Positions 9,922 to 20,034 of a DNA stretch of 64,000 nt are shown here, one piece after another (the stretch's first letter is position 1; every line of letters begins with the position of its first letter). Where the stretch lies: contig CAVUXE010000035.1 of assembly GCA_963745235.1 (NCBI GenBank), positions 224,001 through 288,000 on the forward strand, written 5' to 3'. The position numbers and the translations under genes are program-made. A model generated the notes under the pieces. That model was not told where the DNA came from, made no database searches, and saw nothing but the letters and a program-made list of their open reading frames with translations. Source of the DNA: an uncultured Spirochaetota bacterium. Lineage in GTDB: Bacteria; Spirochaetota; Spirochaetia; SZUA-6; Fen-1364.

Positions 9922-10797
9922 CTAGTTCAGCCAGGTAATTTGAGGTTTTCTTCTCGGAAGCGTCCTGTGGTAAGTCACTTTCGGATAGCCTATTGCCAGG
10001 ACAGCCTGTGGGGCGCTCCCCTCTGGAACGCCAAGGCTGTCTCGCAACGACGTATTCCTGTCGAGCGCGAACTTCATGAAGCCCATCTGACAGGTGGCAA
10101 GACCGATTCGTCGGGCGGCGAGTTCTACGTTGTACAGGGCATGAATCGCGTTGTCTCGCGCCGAGCCATCGCTCTTCGGAGTGAGCGCGATCGCGACCGC
10201 AGGAGCTCGGAAGAAGATCGGTTCGTCCCCCGCGTCCTCGCGTGTCTTGAGCGTTGCAAGCTTCAGGGCGAATCCCTTCACCGCGGCGACATACTCCCGC
10301 CCTCTTGATGCGCGGAAGAACAGTTGAACCAGCGGGTTTCTCAGGAATCGCGACATCTTCGTGAGGAACAGCACCGTTCGCTTGCTCAGATCTTGAATCG
10401 TTTGCGGGTTGTCGACCACAAGCCAGTCGACGTTTTGGCTGTTGCTGCCAGTCGGGGCATACCTGCCGACTTCGAGAAGATCCCGTAAGGTCTCGCGCGG
10501 AATCGCGCTATTGCGAAAGGCGCGGGTAGATCGTCTTTCTTGAAACAATCCGACCAGGCTCTGGTAGCTCGGAAGAACTTCGAAGTCGATAGGCGGGCAA
10601 AGTGCAAGTGGATACTCGCTGTGGTTGATCGCGCCAACAGGGCACGCAGCAACGCAATGACCACACTTCCAACAGGAGTTGGACGCGGCCTGGGCGACGT
10701 TCTCTTCCGAGAGCTTGTACACGTGGGCGATGCACACGCGGCTGCATGCCCCGCACCCGTTGCAGATCTCCTTGTCGACGGCTATCTGAACCATCAC
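9922..10797 (-). CDS. Nitroreductase with N-terminal 2x[4Fe-4S] ferredoxin domain
   Basis: CNGCGACSRVC, CWKCGHCVAACP, RRSTRAF, APTGSNSQ, IGYP. Confidence 0.9.
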   Translation of the reverse strand: MMVQIAVDKEICNGCGACSRVCIAHVYKLSEENVAQAASNSCWKCGHCVAACPVGAINHSEYPLALCPPIDFEVLPSYQSLVGLFQERRSTRAFRNSAIPRETLRDLLEVGRYAPTGSNSQNVDWLVVDNPQTIQDLSKRTVLFLTKMSRFLRNPLVQLFFRASRGREYVAAVKGFALKLATLKTREDAGDEPIFFRAPAVAIALTPKSDGSARDNAIHALYNVELAARRIGLATCQMGFMKFALDRNTSLRDSLGVPEGSAPQAVLAIGYPKVTYHRTLPRRKPQITWLN

Positions 10798-10889
10798 GTC
10801 CCTCCCGAATCGGTTCGCTTGTGAACACAACAGCCCGCGCAGCGACGTCAGGCGGTCCAAACGCGCCGCTGGGCAGGCTCCGTCAGACT

Positions 10890-11246
10890 CTACCTGACCT
10901 CGGCAAGGGCCTTCTGGTAGTCTCCCATTCTCCGCTGAAGTTCTTCTCCGACGAACGCGTCGATAACTCCAAAGTTGGGCACCAGCAGGGCGACACGGAT
11001 GTTTCGGCTCTCGAATTCCGGATCCATCTTTATCCTGGCCAGCTTGTCGCGGTCTCCGTGAACCAACAGGAAGCCACTCAAATCGCCGCCGATGTAGTCG
11101 AGGAATACGGCCTCGAAACTGTCGATCATTCGCTCTTGTTGTTTCCGCTTCCAGTACTCGGTGGCCTCGGCAAACGCCTTCACGGCCTTTTCTGCGAGGG
11201 CGGGCGTTGGGAAGCCCCAACGGATGAAAAGGGCACCTTTTGCCAT
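10890..11246 (-). CDS. Hypothetical protein (118 aa)
   Basis: Strong SD AGAGGAGG and globular composition; family not recognised. Confidence 0.7.
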   Translation of the reverse strand: MAKGALFIRWGFPTPALAEKAVKAFAEATEYWKRKQQERMIDSFEAVFLDYIGGDLSGFLLVHGDRDKLARIKMDPEFESRNIRVALLVPNFGVIDAFVGEELQRRMGDYQKALAEVR

Positions 11247-11437
11247 AGCGTTCCTCCTCTGAAGGGTGACCGCCTGAGGTCAACTATCCGGCGTCTCGAA
11301 ACTGCTGTCAAGGAATTCCTGAAGGGGAGTCTCGCCCTCGCGAAGCTACCCACGATGCCGCGCGACGGATGCGACTATCCAGCAGATATGCGCGGCGAGA
11401 AGCGGCAGTAGGACTGAATGCGATCGTTGACCTGAAC

Positions 11438-12076
11438 ATGCCGCCTGTGCTACCCCAGCAGCAGATGCGAGACCTCAAGGCAAGATCCAGAGAGTTCTTC
11501 AACAGGCTTGCGCCCAGATACGATCGCCACTACTACGGAGCCCACGGGCGCCTCCAATACCAGCGAGTGATCGAAGTAGCTCAGACGTGGAAGTTCGCCT
11601 CGGTCCTGGATGTGGGCTGTGGAACAGGGGGACTTCTCGCCTCGCTACAGCGCCCGCGGCTGAAATTGGCTGGAGCCGACTTGTCGCCCGGTATGATAGC
11701 CGAGGCGAGGAAACGCCTTGGGAAGACCGCCGACTTGAAAGTCGCAGACTCCGCGCGACTCCCTTGGAAGGCTGGTACCTTCGATCTCGTCGTAACGACC
11801 GATTCGATCCATCACTGGACGGATCCGGCCCAGGCTTTCTCGGAAATCAGGCGAGTACTGAAGAAGGGCGGACACGCCGTGGTCGCCGATGTTTATGCTC
11901 CCGCGCCGTTGAGGCAGCTCGGGAACTGGATGGCCCGCTTCGGCAGGGAGGGGGACGTCAAAGTCTACTCGGAAGCCGAGCTCACTCGCATGTTACGGGA
12001 AGCGGGGTTCGCACGAATCGCGCGAGACCATCTCAGCTTCATGGCCATCGTGATGAGCGCGAAGGTCGGCAAGTAG
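11438..12076 (+). CDS. Class I SAM-dependent methyltransferase
   Basis: VLDVGCGTG, ADLSPGM, FDLV, RVLKKGG. Start could be 11438 or 11465. Confidence 0.9.
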   Translation: MPPVLPQQQMRDLKARSREFFNRLAPRYDRHYYGAHGRLQYQRVIEVAQTWKFASVLDVGCGTGGLLASLQRPRLKLAGADLSPGMIAEARKRLGKTADLKVADSARLPWKAGTFDLVVTTDSIHHWTDPAQAFSEIRRVLKKGGHAVVADVYAPAPLRQLGNWMARFGREGDVKVYSEAELTRMLREAGFARIARDHLSFMAIVMSAKVGK

Positions 12077-12111
12077 CTCACCCTCGATTCGCGGTTGCGT
12101 TCCAGGACCCG

Positions 12112-12447
12112 TCAGCCCGCGCCCCCTGCTTGTCCCCGGGATTGCATTTCCATTTTGATCAGCTTGTCCAACTGCAGGGCTTTGAATATGCGGTAAACCC
12201 CTTCGCTGCATCCCTGGATCCGGAGAATCTTTCTGTTCTCAGCCAGTTTTCTGCTGAAGAAAATCAGCTTGCCTATTGCCGTTGAGTTGATTGTCGTGGT
12301 TCGCGAGAGATCAAGGGTTATTGTGAGAAAGCTCCCCGCGGCCAGCTCTACCATTCTTCGATGAAAATCCTCGACCGCTTCTCCGGCAAGTGGTCCGTCA
12401 ACCGCGAGGATGACTTCGACTCTTGAAACAGACTCCTGGCGAATCAT
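12112..12447 (-). CDS. STAS domain / anti-sigma-factor antagonist
   Basis: LDLSRTTTINSTAIGKL...IFKALQLD; conserved Ser present. Confidence 0.85.
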   Translation of the reverse strand: MIRQESVSRVEVILAVDGPLAGEAVEDFHRRMVELAAGSFLTITLDLSRTTTINSTAIGKLIFFSRKLAENRKILRIQGCSEGVYRIFKALQLDKLIKMEMQSRGQAGGAG

Positions 12448-12645
12448 CGCTGATCAAAGTATCGGCTTCATTTCAAGCAACCTGAATTCCGGGCCCGATT
12501 TGTCCCAACGGCCACATTTGCTTTCATCGAAAGGGCGGTGTCAGCCCTTTTAGCGTAAATAGGTATATTGACTTTTGTGGATAAAATGGAGCACAATCCC
12601 TCTCAAGCAAAGTAATCCGGCTCGCGCGAGCATTTGTGACGGCAA

Positions 12646-15600
12646 ATGACCGAACCTGATGGAACGGCTAGGATAATTCCTCACTGGCTCATTCCCGCCT
12701 CCCTGCTGTTTCTCGTTGCCGGTGGCGCCTGGTTCTACGTCACCCAAAAAGACGCTCTGGAGGCGACGGCGAGAGAGAATCTCAACACGATTGCAAATCT
12801 GAAAGTGAACCAGATTGAGCAGTGGCGCGCCGAAAGGCTCGGGGATGCCGCTGAGCTGGTAGAGAGCTCCTTCAATTCCGCGGCGTTGTCCCGTTGGATG
12901 GACGGCACGCCGAGCGAAGGTAGCGACCAGATTCTCACATTGTTTCGTTCCTACCAGGCGTATGGCGGCTACGCCGATATTCTCCTGGTCGATGGCGAAG
13001 GGAAAGTCCGCCTCAGCCTGAGCGGGCATCCATGGGCGTCGGGCGAACAAACCACTCACACCCTTGCCGACGCGTTGCGCGACCATCGGCCGAAGCTGAG
13101 CGATCTCCAGGAGAACGCTGGCAGCCCGGGGCCCTACCTCGATGTCATTGCGCCCCTGTTCGCTGGGAAGGGAGAAACCATCCGCGCTGTGGGCGCGGTC
13201 CTCTTGCGCTGCGAGGCCAGGGATTTCCTCTATCCTCTGATCCAGTCATGGCCACTGTCGAGCCGGACCGCGGAAACCTTGCTTGTGAGGCGGGACGGAG
13301 ACAGCGTGCTGTACTTGAACGAGCTGCGCCAACAGCAACACACCGCGCTCGCCCTTCGGCTCCCGGTGAGCCGCACGGATCTGCCGGCAGTCGCCGCGGT
13401 AGCGGGAGGGGAAGGCGCGTTTTACGGGAAGGACTATCGCGGCGTCCCTGTCGTGGCGATGTTGAAAGCCATCCCCGGCTCGTCGTGGTTCATTGTCGCC
13501 AAGGAAGATGCCGCGGAGGTGCTGGCGGCCTGGCGGTTCCGCTCGCTTCTCATCCTGGCGCTGATCCTGGTGCTCGTTGCCGGGGCCGCTTCGGCCGTGG
13601 TGGCCATCTGGCAGCGCAACGAGAAGAATCGATATCGATCCCGGTTCGAGTCCGAGGCAATGCGACGCGTGGCGGAGGAGCGCTACCGGATCACGCTCTT
13701 GAGCGTCGGGGACGGAGTCATTGCCACTGATGCGGAAGGAAAGGTGCAGTTCGTGAACCCGGTTGCCGAGTCCCTGACCGGATGGCCGCAGGAAGATGCC
13801 CGCGGCAGACCGCTGGAAGAAGTCTTCCACATTCTGAATGAAGAAACCAGGCTGCCGGTTGAAAACCCGGTGAGCAGAGTGATTCGAGAAGGCGTGGTGG
13901 TGGGTCTCGCAAATCACACGCTGCTGGTAGACCGGGCGGGCAGGGAGCGCGCAATTGCGGACAGCGGCGCTCCCATCAGGGACCAGGCTGGGGGGACTGT
14001 CGGCGTGGTCCTGGTCTTTCGCGACATCACCGCGGAGCTGCGCACCCGGCGCGAGCGGGAAACGACGGTTGATCTGCTGCGACTGCTCAACACGCAGAGC
14101 GTGACGCACGAGCTGATTCGAGAGATAACGGGATTGATGCAGAGGTGGACCGGCTGCGAGGCGGTCGGTGTACGACTGAAGGAAGGGGACGATTTCCCGT
14201 ACTTCGAGACCCGCGGGTTCCCGGCGGATTTTGTCGAAGCAGAGAGGTATCTCTGTGAGCGCGACATCGGCGGGGAGCTGGTCCGGGATGAATCATTCAG
14301 CCCGGTTCTCCAGTGCATGTGCGGCACCGTGCTGCGCGGTCGCGTCGATTCTGGGCTTCCGTTTTTCACCCCGAAAGGAAGCTTCTTCACGAACAGCACC
14401 ACCGAGCTGCTGGCCACGACGTCGGAGCAGGACCGACAGGGCCGGACCCGCAACCGGTGCAACCGGGAAGGCTATGAATCTGTCGCTTTGATACCTCTGC
14501 AGAGCAGTGATGAAACACTTGGACTGCTTCAGCTGAACGACCGGGGCCGCAACCGATTCACCCCAGAGCTCATTTCATTTCTTGAAAGCGCCGCGGATCA
14601 GATCGCCATAGCGCTCGCGCAAAGGAAGGCGCTGTCCGACCGGAAAGAGAGTGAACAACGCTATCGCTCACTTTTCCAGAACATGTTGAACGGGTTTGCT
14701 TATTGCAGGATGCTCTTCACGGACGGCAGAGCGCAGGATTTCATCTACCTCGAGGTAAACAGCGCTTTCGAAACGCTGACAGGGTTGAAGAACGTCACCG
14801 GCAAAAAGGTGTCCGAGGTCATCCCCGGAATCCGGGAATCGGATCCCCAGCTCCTGGAAGCGTACGGGCGGGTTGCGCTGACCGGCCGACCCGAGCGATT
14901 CGAAACCTATCTCGCGGCATTGGATATGTGGTTTTCCATCTCCGTGTACAGACCGGGCGAGGAACATTTCGTGGCCATCTTCGATGTCATCACGGAGCGC
15001 AAGAAGATGGAGGCCGCGCATCAGCTCCTGGTCTCGGCCGTGGAGCAGGCCGCGGAGATGATCGTCATCACCGACCCCGCCGGGATGATTCAATACGTCA
15101 ATCCCGCGTTCGAGACCGTCACCGGCTACTCTTTTGACGAGGTGATCGGGAGCAATTCGCGCATTCTGCAAAGCGGGGAGCACGACAAGGATTTCTACAG
15201 GAACCTCTGGGAGACGATCATCGGCGGGAATACCTGGAAGGGTCATTTTATCAACAAGAAGAAGGACGGCACTCGCTATTCGGAGGACGTGGTCATATCA
15301 CCGGTGCGCGGCCCTGAGGGTGGCATCGTCAACTTCGTGGCGGTCAAGCGCGACAGCACGCGCGAGCACCTTCTGGAGGACCAGCTTCGACAGGCACAGA
15401 AAATGGAGTCAATCGGCAGGCTTGCCGGCGGGGTGGCGCACGATTTCAACAACATGCTTCAGGTGATCAGCAGCTACGTGGAGATCTCACTGGGGCAGAC
15501 GGAAGAAGGGGACCCCCTTCACCGAAACCTGCTGCAGGTGGGCAAGGCGGCTCGGCGCTCAGCGGACCTCGTCGGACAGCTGCTGGCCTTCGCGCGCAAG

Positions 15601-16518
15601 CAGACGGTGAGCCCCCGGGTCGTGGACGTGAACGAGGCCGTCGGCGGCGCGTTGCGGATGCTCCAGCGGCTCATTGGTGAGGACATCGACATTGCATGGA
15701 TGCCGGGCCATGACGTGGGGAAGGTCAGGATCGATCCTTCCCAGCTCGACCAGGTCCTGGCCAACCTCGCCGTCAACGCGCGTGACGCGATCAGTGGCGT
15801 GGGGAAGCTCACCATTGAGACTGAAAATATGACGATCGACGAAGAGTATCGTTCCGCGCACCCGGGCTTTGTGGCCGGAAACTTCGCGATGCTGGCGGTC
15901 AGCGACAACGGGAGCGGGATGAACCGAGAGACGCTCTCCCACCTGTTCGAGCCGTTTTTCACGACAAAGGCAGTGGGAAAGGGAACGGGGCTTGGCCTGG
16001 CCACCGTGTACGGCATCGTCAAGCAGAACAACGGCTTTATCAACGTGTACAGCGAGCCAGGGCGGGGATCGACATTCAGGATCTACCTGCCCCGGGTCGC
16101 CGAGCAGCCCGAAGATGCTCCGGCCGGAGGAGGCGCCCGAGCGATGCCCAAGGGAACCGAGACAATACTGGTGGTTGAAGACGAAGAGGCAATCCTGGAG
16201 ATCAGCAGAACGCTGCTCGAGAGTCTGGGGTATACGGTTATCAGTGCCGGCACTCCGATTGAGGCGCTTCAACAGGTTGCCGAGCTGAAGAAGCCCGTCC
16301 AGCTTTTGATCACCGACGTCGTGATGCCGCAGATGAACGGGCTCGAGCTGGCAAGACGGCTCGCTGAGACGAATCCCGGATTGAAATGGATATTCATGTC
16401 AGGCTATACGGCGGATGTCATTGCCCATCAGGGCATACTGGACAAGGGAGTTCATTTCATCTCAAAACCGTTTTCGATGAGCGACCTCGCGGAAAAAGTC
16501 CGCGAGGTGCTAGGCTGA
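12646..16518 (+). CDS. Membrane hybrid sensor kinase/receiver (Cache-like, PAS, GAF, PAS, PAS, HisKA, HATPase, REC)
   Basis: Two TM segments; LAGGVAHDFNN, NLAVNARDA, DNGSG, FEPFFTTK, GTGLGL; receiver ILVVEDE...TDVVMP...KPF. Confidence 0.95.
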   Translation: MTEPDGTARIIPHWLIPASLLFLVAGGAWFYVTQKDALEATARENLNTIANLKVNQIEQWRAERLGDAAELVESSFNSAALSRWMDGTPSEGSDQILTLFRSYQAYGGYADILLVDGEGKVRLSLSGHPWASGEQTTHTLADALRDHRPKLSDLQENAGSPGPYLDVIAPLFAGKGETIRAVGAVLLRCEARDFLYPLIQSWPLSSRTAETLLVRRDGDSVLYLNELRQQQHTALALRLPVSRTDLPAVAAVAGGEGAFYGKDYRGVPVVAMLKAIPGSSWFIVAKEDAAEVLAAWRFRSLLILALILVLVAGAASAVVAIWQRNEKNRYRSRFESEAMRRVAEERYRITLLSVGDGVIATDAEGKVQFVNPVAESLTGWPQEDARGRPLEEVFHILNEETRLPVENPVSRVIREGVVVGLANHTLLVDRAGRERAIADSGAPIRDQAGGTVGVVLVFRDITAELRTRRERETTVDLLRLLNTQSVTHELIREITGLMQRWTGCEAVGVRLKEGDDFPYFETRGFPADFVEAERYLCERDIGGELVRDESFSPVLQCMCGTVLRGRVDSGLPFFTPKGSFFTNSTTELLATTSEQDRQGRTRNRCNREGYESVALIPLQSSDETLGLLQLNDRGRNRFTPELISFLESAADQIAIALAQRKALSDRKESEQRYRSLFQNMLNGFAYCRMLFTDGRAQDFIYLEVNSAFETLTGLKNVTGKKVSEVIPGIRESDPQLLEAYGRVALTGRPERFETYLAALDMWFSISVYRPGEEHFVAIFDVITERKKMEAAHQLLVSAVEQAAEMIVITDPAGMIQYVNPAFETVTGYSFDEVIGSNSRILQSGEHDKDFYRNLWETIIGGNTWKGHFINKKKDGTRYSEDVVISPVRGPEGGIVNFVAVKRDSTREHLLEDQLRQAQKMESIGRLAGGVAHDFNNMLQVISSYVEISLGQTEEGDPLHRNLLQVGKAARRSADLVGQLLAFARKQTVSPRVVDVNEAVGGALRMLQRLIGEDIDIAWMPGHDVGKVRIDPSQLDQVLANLAVNARDAISGVGKLTIETENMTIDEEYRSAHPGFVAGNFAMLAVSDNGSGMNRETLSHLFEPFFTTKAVGKGTGLGLATVYGIVKQNNGFINVYSEPGRGSTFRIYLPRVAEQPEDAPAGGGARAMPKGTETILVVEDEEAILEISRTLLESLGYTVISAGTPIEALQQVAELKKPVQLLITDVVMPQMNGLELARRLAETNPGLKWIFMSGYTADVIAHQGILDKGVHFISKPFSMSDLAEKVREVLG

Positions 16519-16932
16519 CGAAGGCAGGACTTTCTCGATCTTTTCCATGACAGGGGCGGGGAGCGCCGGCCTCCCGTTTTGCAGGGCCGTCGTGACGACT
16601 CGGGCCTGGGCAATCAGCTTCTGGTCGGACGTCCTGTATATGTCCTGGCTGCAGATCAGCTTGAGCCGGCCCTCCCGGTGGAAGGCGGAGCGCACGACGA
16701 ACCTGTCCCGGCTTTTCAGGGGATGCCTGTAGTCTATCTCGATCCGCACTGCTACGAGGTCGATTCCATCCTCATGGAGCGCGGCAAAGTCTATTCCAAG
16801 GGATTCGAGCCACTGGTGTCGGGCGTGCTCCATGTAGTGGAGAAAGTTGGCGTTGTTGACAACGCCTTGCAGGTCGCATTCGTAGTCCCTCACCACGAAC
16901 TCGAGCTCATTCTGGTATTTCATCTCTTCCAT
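16510..16932 (-). CDS. Acyl-CoA thioesterase (YbgC/FadM hot-dog fold)
   Basis: VRDYECDLQGVVNNANFLHYMEHAR. Confidence 0.9.
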   Translation of the reverse strand: MEEMKYQNELEFVVRDYECDLQGVVNNANFLHYMEHARHQWLESLGIDFAALHEDGIDLVAVRIEIDYRHPLKSRDRFVVRSAFHREGRLKLICSQDIYRTSDQKLIAQARVVTTALQNGRPALPAPVMEKIEKVLPSSA

Positions 16933-17008
16933 GTTTCCGCCTTCCCCAAGCCAAGATTGACTGTCTTCCAACATGCTGTCAATGTCATCTGCGCAGGAGA
17001 GGACTCCC

Positions 17009-17857
17009 ATGGTCGTCGTTGACAGGGAAAAGTGCACCGGCTGCGGCTCGTGCGTGCAGATTTGTCACCAGCATTGCGTGTCGCTCGTCGAACAGAAGGT
17101 CGCGATCGAGCGCGTCCTGTGCAGCACCTGCACACAATGCGTTGCCATGTGCGCTCAGAAAGCTCTGTCCTGGGACGGAGCTTCCCCTGTGAGCTTTGAG
17201 CCCGCTCTCCTGCCGTCTGCCGCACAACTGGACGAGCTTTTCCGGGAACGGCGGACAATCAGGGACTTCGCTGACCGACAGGTGGACCGCGCGGCGCTGG
17301 AGGAAATTGTTTCCTATGGAGCCTGCGCTCCGACCCACAACTTTGATTTCAGATCCGTTATCATCGATGATCCTGCGCTCATTTCGCTCTTCGGCGAGGC
17401 CGCGTTTCGGTTCTCAAGGCGGATATATCGACTGGTGTTTCGCCCGCGGCTCATCCGCCTCCTGGTTCTCCTGGCTCCGCGCCCTGTGCGCGAAGAGTTC
17501 AGAAAGGCCGAGTCCAAGCTGCGCACAGTCATCGGCAGGGGGAAGGGCTTCGCTACCCTGCCGCCCGACATGGTCTGCATCGTGGGCGACAGGCGGATTC
17601 CCCTGTCCCTGGAAAGCGCGCAGTATGTCCTGTACACAATGGCCCTGTACGCGCAGGTGAAAGGGCTGGCATGCCGCAACCTCGTGGGGAACCAGATGAT
17701 TTTCAACGCGAACAGCAAGATACGTCGGGGACTGGGGCTGCAGAAACACGAGCGCATCTTCGCCGTCGCCGGCTTCGGTCATCCCGCGGTGAGGTTCAGG
17801 AACAAGGTCATGGGAAAGAAGATGCCGGTGCAGTGGAATGGGGCTTCGACCGGCTGA
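17009..17857 (+). CDS. Nitroreductase with N-terminal ferredoxin domain (second paralog)
   Basis: CTGCGSCVQIC, CSTCTQCVAMC, RRTIRDF, GFGHP; SD AGGAGAGG before ATG 17009. Confidence 0.88.
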   Translation: MVVVDREKCTGCGSCVQICHQHCVSLVEQKVAIERVLCSTCTQCVAMCAQKALSWDGASPVSFEPALLPSAAQLDELFRERRTIRDFADRQVDRAALEEIVSYGACAPTHNFDFRSVIIDDPALISLFGEAAFRFSRRIYRLVFRPRLIRLLVLLAPRPVREEFRKAESKLRTVIGRGKGFATLPPDMVCIVGDRRIPLSLESAQYVLYTMALYAQVKGLACRNLVGNQMIFNANSKIRRGLGLQKHERIFAVAGFGHPAVRFRNKVMGKKMPVQWNGASTG

Positions 17858-17884
17858 GGCTCCCTTGGTGTCCCCGCGCGGGGC

Positions 17885-18274
17885 TCACCCGCGGTCATGG
17901 ATCTTGTATTCGAAATCGTAGGAATGCTTTCCGTCGATGATCGTGATGGTCATGGAACCCGTGAGGCCGACAAGCTCGCCGGCCCCGGAGTCCGGCACGA
18001 CGCTGATGGTCAGGTGCGGTTCGCCCCGATTCATGGTTCCGCTGTGCTGGAGCACGAAGGTGCCGCGGCGGCCATGCAGCGTCCCGCTCACGCGTTCCAT
18101 GGCCACGTAACCGACCGACCCCTCGATTTCCGTGCTCGCGCTCAGCATCTCGCCCTTGCTGACTGCTTCGAGGTCTCCCCGGAATTGTTTGTCGATTGAC
18201 ATCCTGCCGATGTACTCGTCTGAATCCTGGGGCACCAGCTTCACTTCAAACGAACCGCTCGCTCGATTTGCCAT
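17885..18274 (-). CDS. DUF3224 domain protein
   Basis: GYVAMERVSGTLHGRRGTFVLQH...VVPDSGAGELVGLTG. Confidence 0.88.
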   Translation of the reverse strand: MANRASGSFEVKLVPQDSDEYIGRMSIDKQFRGDLEAVSKGEMLSASTEIEGSVGYVAMERVSGTLHGRRGTFVLQHSGTMNRGEPHLTISVVPDSGAGELVGLTGSMTITIIDGKHSYDFEYKIHDRG

Positions 18275-19296
18275 ACAGTCAGGGATAATTTCGTCTGGCG
18301 ATCGATGAAAGTCAAACGCCTGTCGGCCGGAGGCCGCCGTGGTTCAGATGCGATCCGCCGGTACGGCCCGGCGCATGCAGGCCGGGGAAGGAGCCCCGCC
18401 TGGCTCACGATCTCCGGGACGCGATGCTCCCACTCGATGGCCATGATGTGGACGCCGGCCACCCCCTCGATGTCCTTCAGCTGCCGGATGATCTCGCAGC
18501 AGATCTTGATGCCCTCAGCCGCCCCTTTTTCCTTCGGGACCGCCTCCATCCGCTTCAGGATCGACTCGGGGATGATTATCCCGGGCACGTTCTCCACCAT
18601 GTATCGCGCCATGCGGAAGGACTTCAGGGGTATTACCCCGGCAAGGATCCGACACCTGGTGTGCACCCCGAGCGCCCTGACCTTTTCCATCCAGTCCGCG
18701 AAGAGGGCCACGTCGAACACGCATTGCGTCTGGGAGAAGTCCGCCCCCGCGTTGACTTTCTTTTCCAGGAGACGAGCCCGGAGCTCGTAGGGGAATGCAA
18801 ATGGATTTGCCGCCGTGCCGATGAACAGGGGAACTTTCCCGGACACCTCTTCGTCGTTCCCGAGCACGCGCTGCTCGTCCCGCAGCCTCTTTACGGCGGC
18901 GACGAGCTGGGTGGAATCTATGTCGTAGACCTTCTTGGCCCCCGGCTGGTCACCCAGGCTGTGGTGATCTCCGGAGATGCACAGGATGTTCTTCACGCCG
19001 AGCGCCGAGGCCCCGAGGATGTCGCTCTGGATTGCGATGCGGTTGCGGTCACGGCAGGTCATCTGCATGACAGGCTCGACGCCCTGCCTCACGAGGAGCG
19101 CCGCGCACGCGATGCTGGACATGTGGACCATTGCGCTCTGGTTGTCCGTGACGTTCACCGCGTCCACCGAGCCGCGAAGCTGGCCGGCTTTCTTCTCCAC
19201 AACGGCGGTGTCGGTGCCCCGGGGCGGTCCGAGCTCCGCTGTCACTGCAAAATGGCCCTCGGAAAGGACCTTCTCGAGGTTGCTTCCGGCTTTCAT
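18241..19296 (-). CDS. metF: Methylenetetrahydrofolate reductase, catalytic subunit
   Basis: VTAELGPPRG, AVNVTDNQ, MQMTCRDRNRIAIQS, KKVNAGADFSQTQ, GVHIMA. The C-terminal extension overlapping DUF3224 may be artefactual. Confidence 0.93.
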   Translation of the reverse strand: MKAGSNLEKVLSEGHFAVTAELGPPRGTDTAVVEKKAGQLRGSVDAVNVTDNQSAMVHMSSIACAALLVRQGVEPVMQMTCRDRNRIAIQSDILGASALGVKNILCISGDHHSLGDQPGAKKVYDIDSTQLVAAVKRLRDEQRVLGNDEEVSGKVPLFIGTAANPFAFPYELRARLLEKKVNAGADFSQTQCVFDVALFADWMEKVRALGVHTRCRILAGVIPLKSFRMARYMVENVPGIIIPESILKRMEAVPKEKGAAEGIKICCEIIRQLKDIEGVAGVHIMAIEWEHRVPEIVSQAGLLPRPACAGPYRRIASEPRRPPADRRLTFIDRQTKLSLTVWQIERAVRLK

Positions 19297-20015
19297 GCGC
19301 TGTCCTTGTCGAATCGCGGGTCGTAGCGCTCTTCGAATCCCCGCTGGACGAGCACTCCCTGTCCTCTTTCGAGCCATTCCTTCGGGGGCTGGATCTCCAT
19401 CATGTCGTCGACCCTTCCCTGGGCCAGCAGTCGGTCGTAGATTGCGTTCCACGCGCAGCGAAGGCCGCCGCCCAGCTCGCATTCGCCATCGGAGCGCGTG
19501 CCTCCGCACGGGCCGTTGAGGACTCCCTTCGAGCAGCGGGAGAGGGGGCAGATGCCTCCCGTGAGACCCAGGACGCACCTCTTGCAGGTGCGGCAGCGCT
19601 CTTCGTACAGCCCGACGTCGACGTCGACGCCGATGAACATTGTGTCAAGCGCCGGGAAAACGGGCTTGGTCGGGTACCTGTCTCCCAGGTTCTGCGTGCC
19701 CGCTCCACAGGCGCCGGAAAGGATGCAGTCCGCGTTCTGGACGAGGTCCGTGATGTCTTCCAGGAACTGCGCGTTGCATTGCCGCTCCACGGTGACGCAG
19801 GAGAACTGGAGGGGTACCTTCTCCCGGCGGGAAAGCTCCGTCAGCTCCTCGTTCAGGGCCAGGACTTCTCTCTGCCCTCCCGCCATGCAGACCGAGGTGC
19901 AGCCGCCGCAGCCGACTGTGAGCACCTGGAGGACGTCCCGCGGGCGCCGCTTCTCCTTGTAGCCCCGTATCAGCGCGAATATCTCTTCCAGGGGCTTTTG
20001 CTTTGCCTTTACCAT
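19293..20015 (-). CDS. metV: Methylenetetrahydrofolate reductase Fe-S/Zn subunit
   Basis: GCGGCTSVC, VERQC, ACGAG, ERCRTCKRC...GGICPLSRCSKGVLNGPCGG...C...CAW; SD GAGGAGG. Confidence 0.9.
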   Translation of the reverse strand: MVKAKQKPLEEIFALIRGYKEKRRPRDVLQVLTVGCGGCTSVCMAGGQREVLALNEELTELSRREKVPLQFSCVTVERQCNAQFLEDITDLVQNADCILSGACGAGTQNLGDRYPTKPVFPALDTMFIGVDVDVGLYEERCRTCKRCVLGLTGGICPLSRCSKGVLNGPCGGTRSDGECELGGGLRCAWNAIYDRLLAQGRVDDMMEIQPPKEWLERGQGVLVQRGFEERYDPRFDKDSA

Positions 20016-20034
20016 TTCCGGTTCCTCCTCGGCG

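Noticed and set aside
18241-18370. C-terminal extension of MetF as a new domain
   Set aside because: Low-information sequence overlapping the DUF3224 start; more likely a lost stop codon or an indel.
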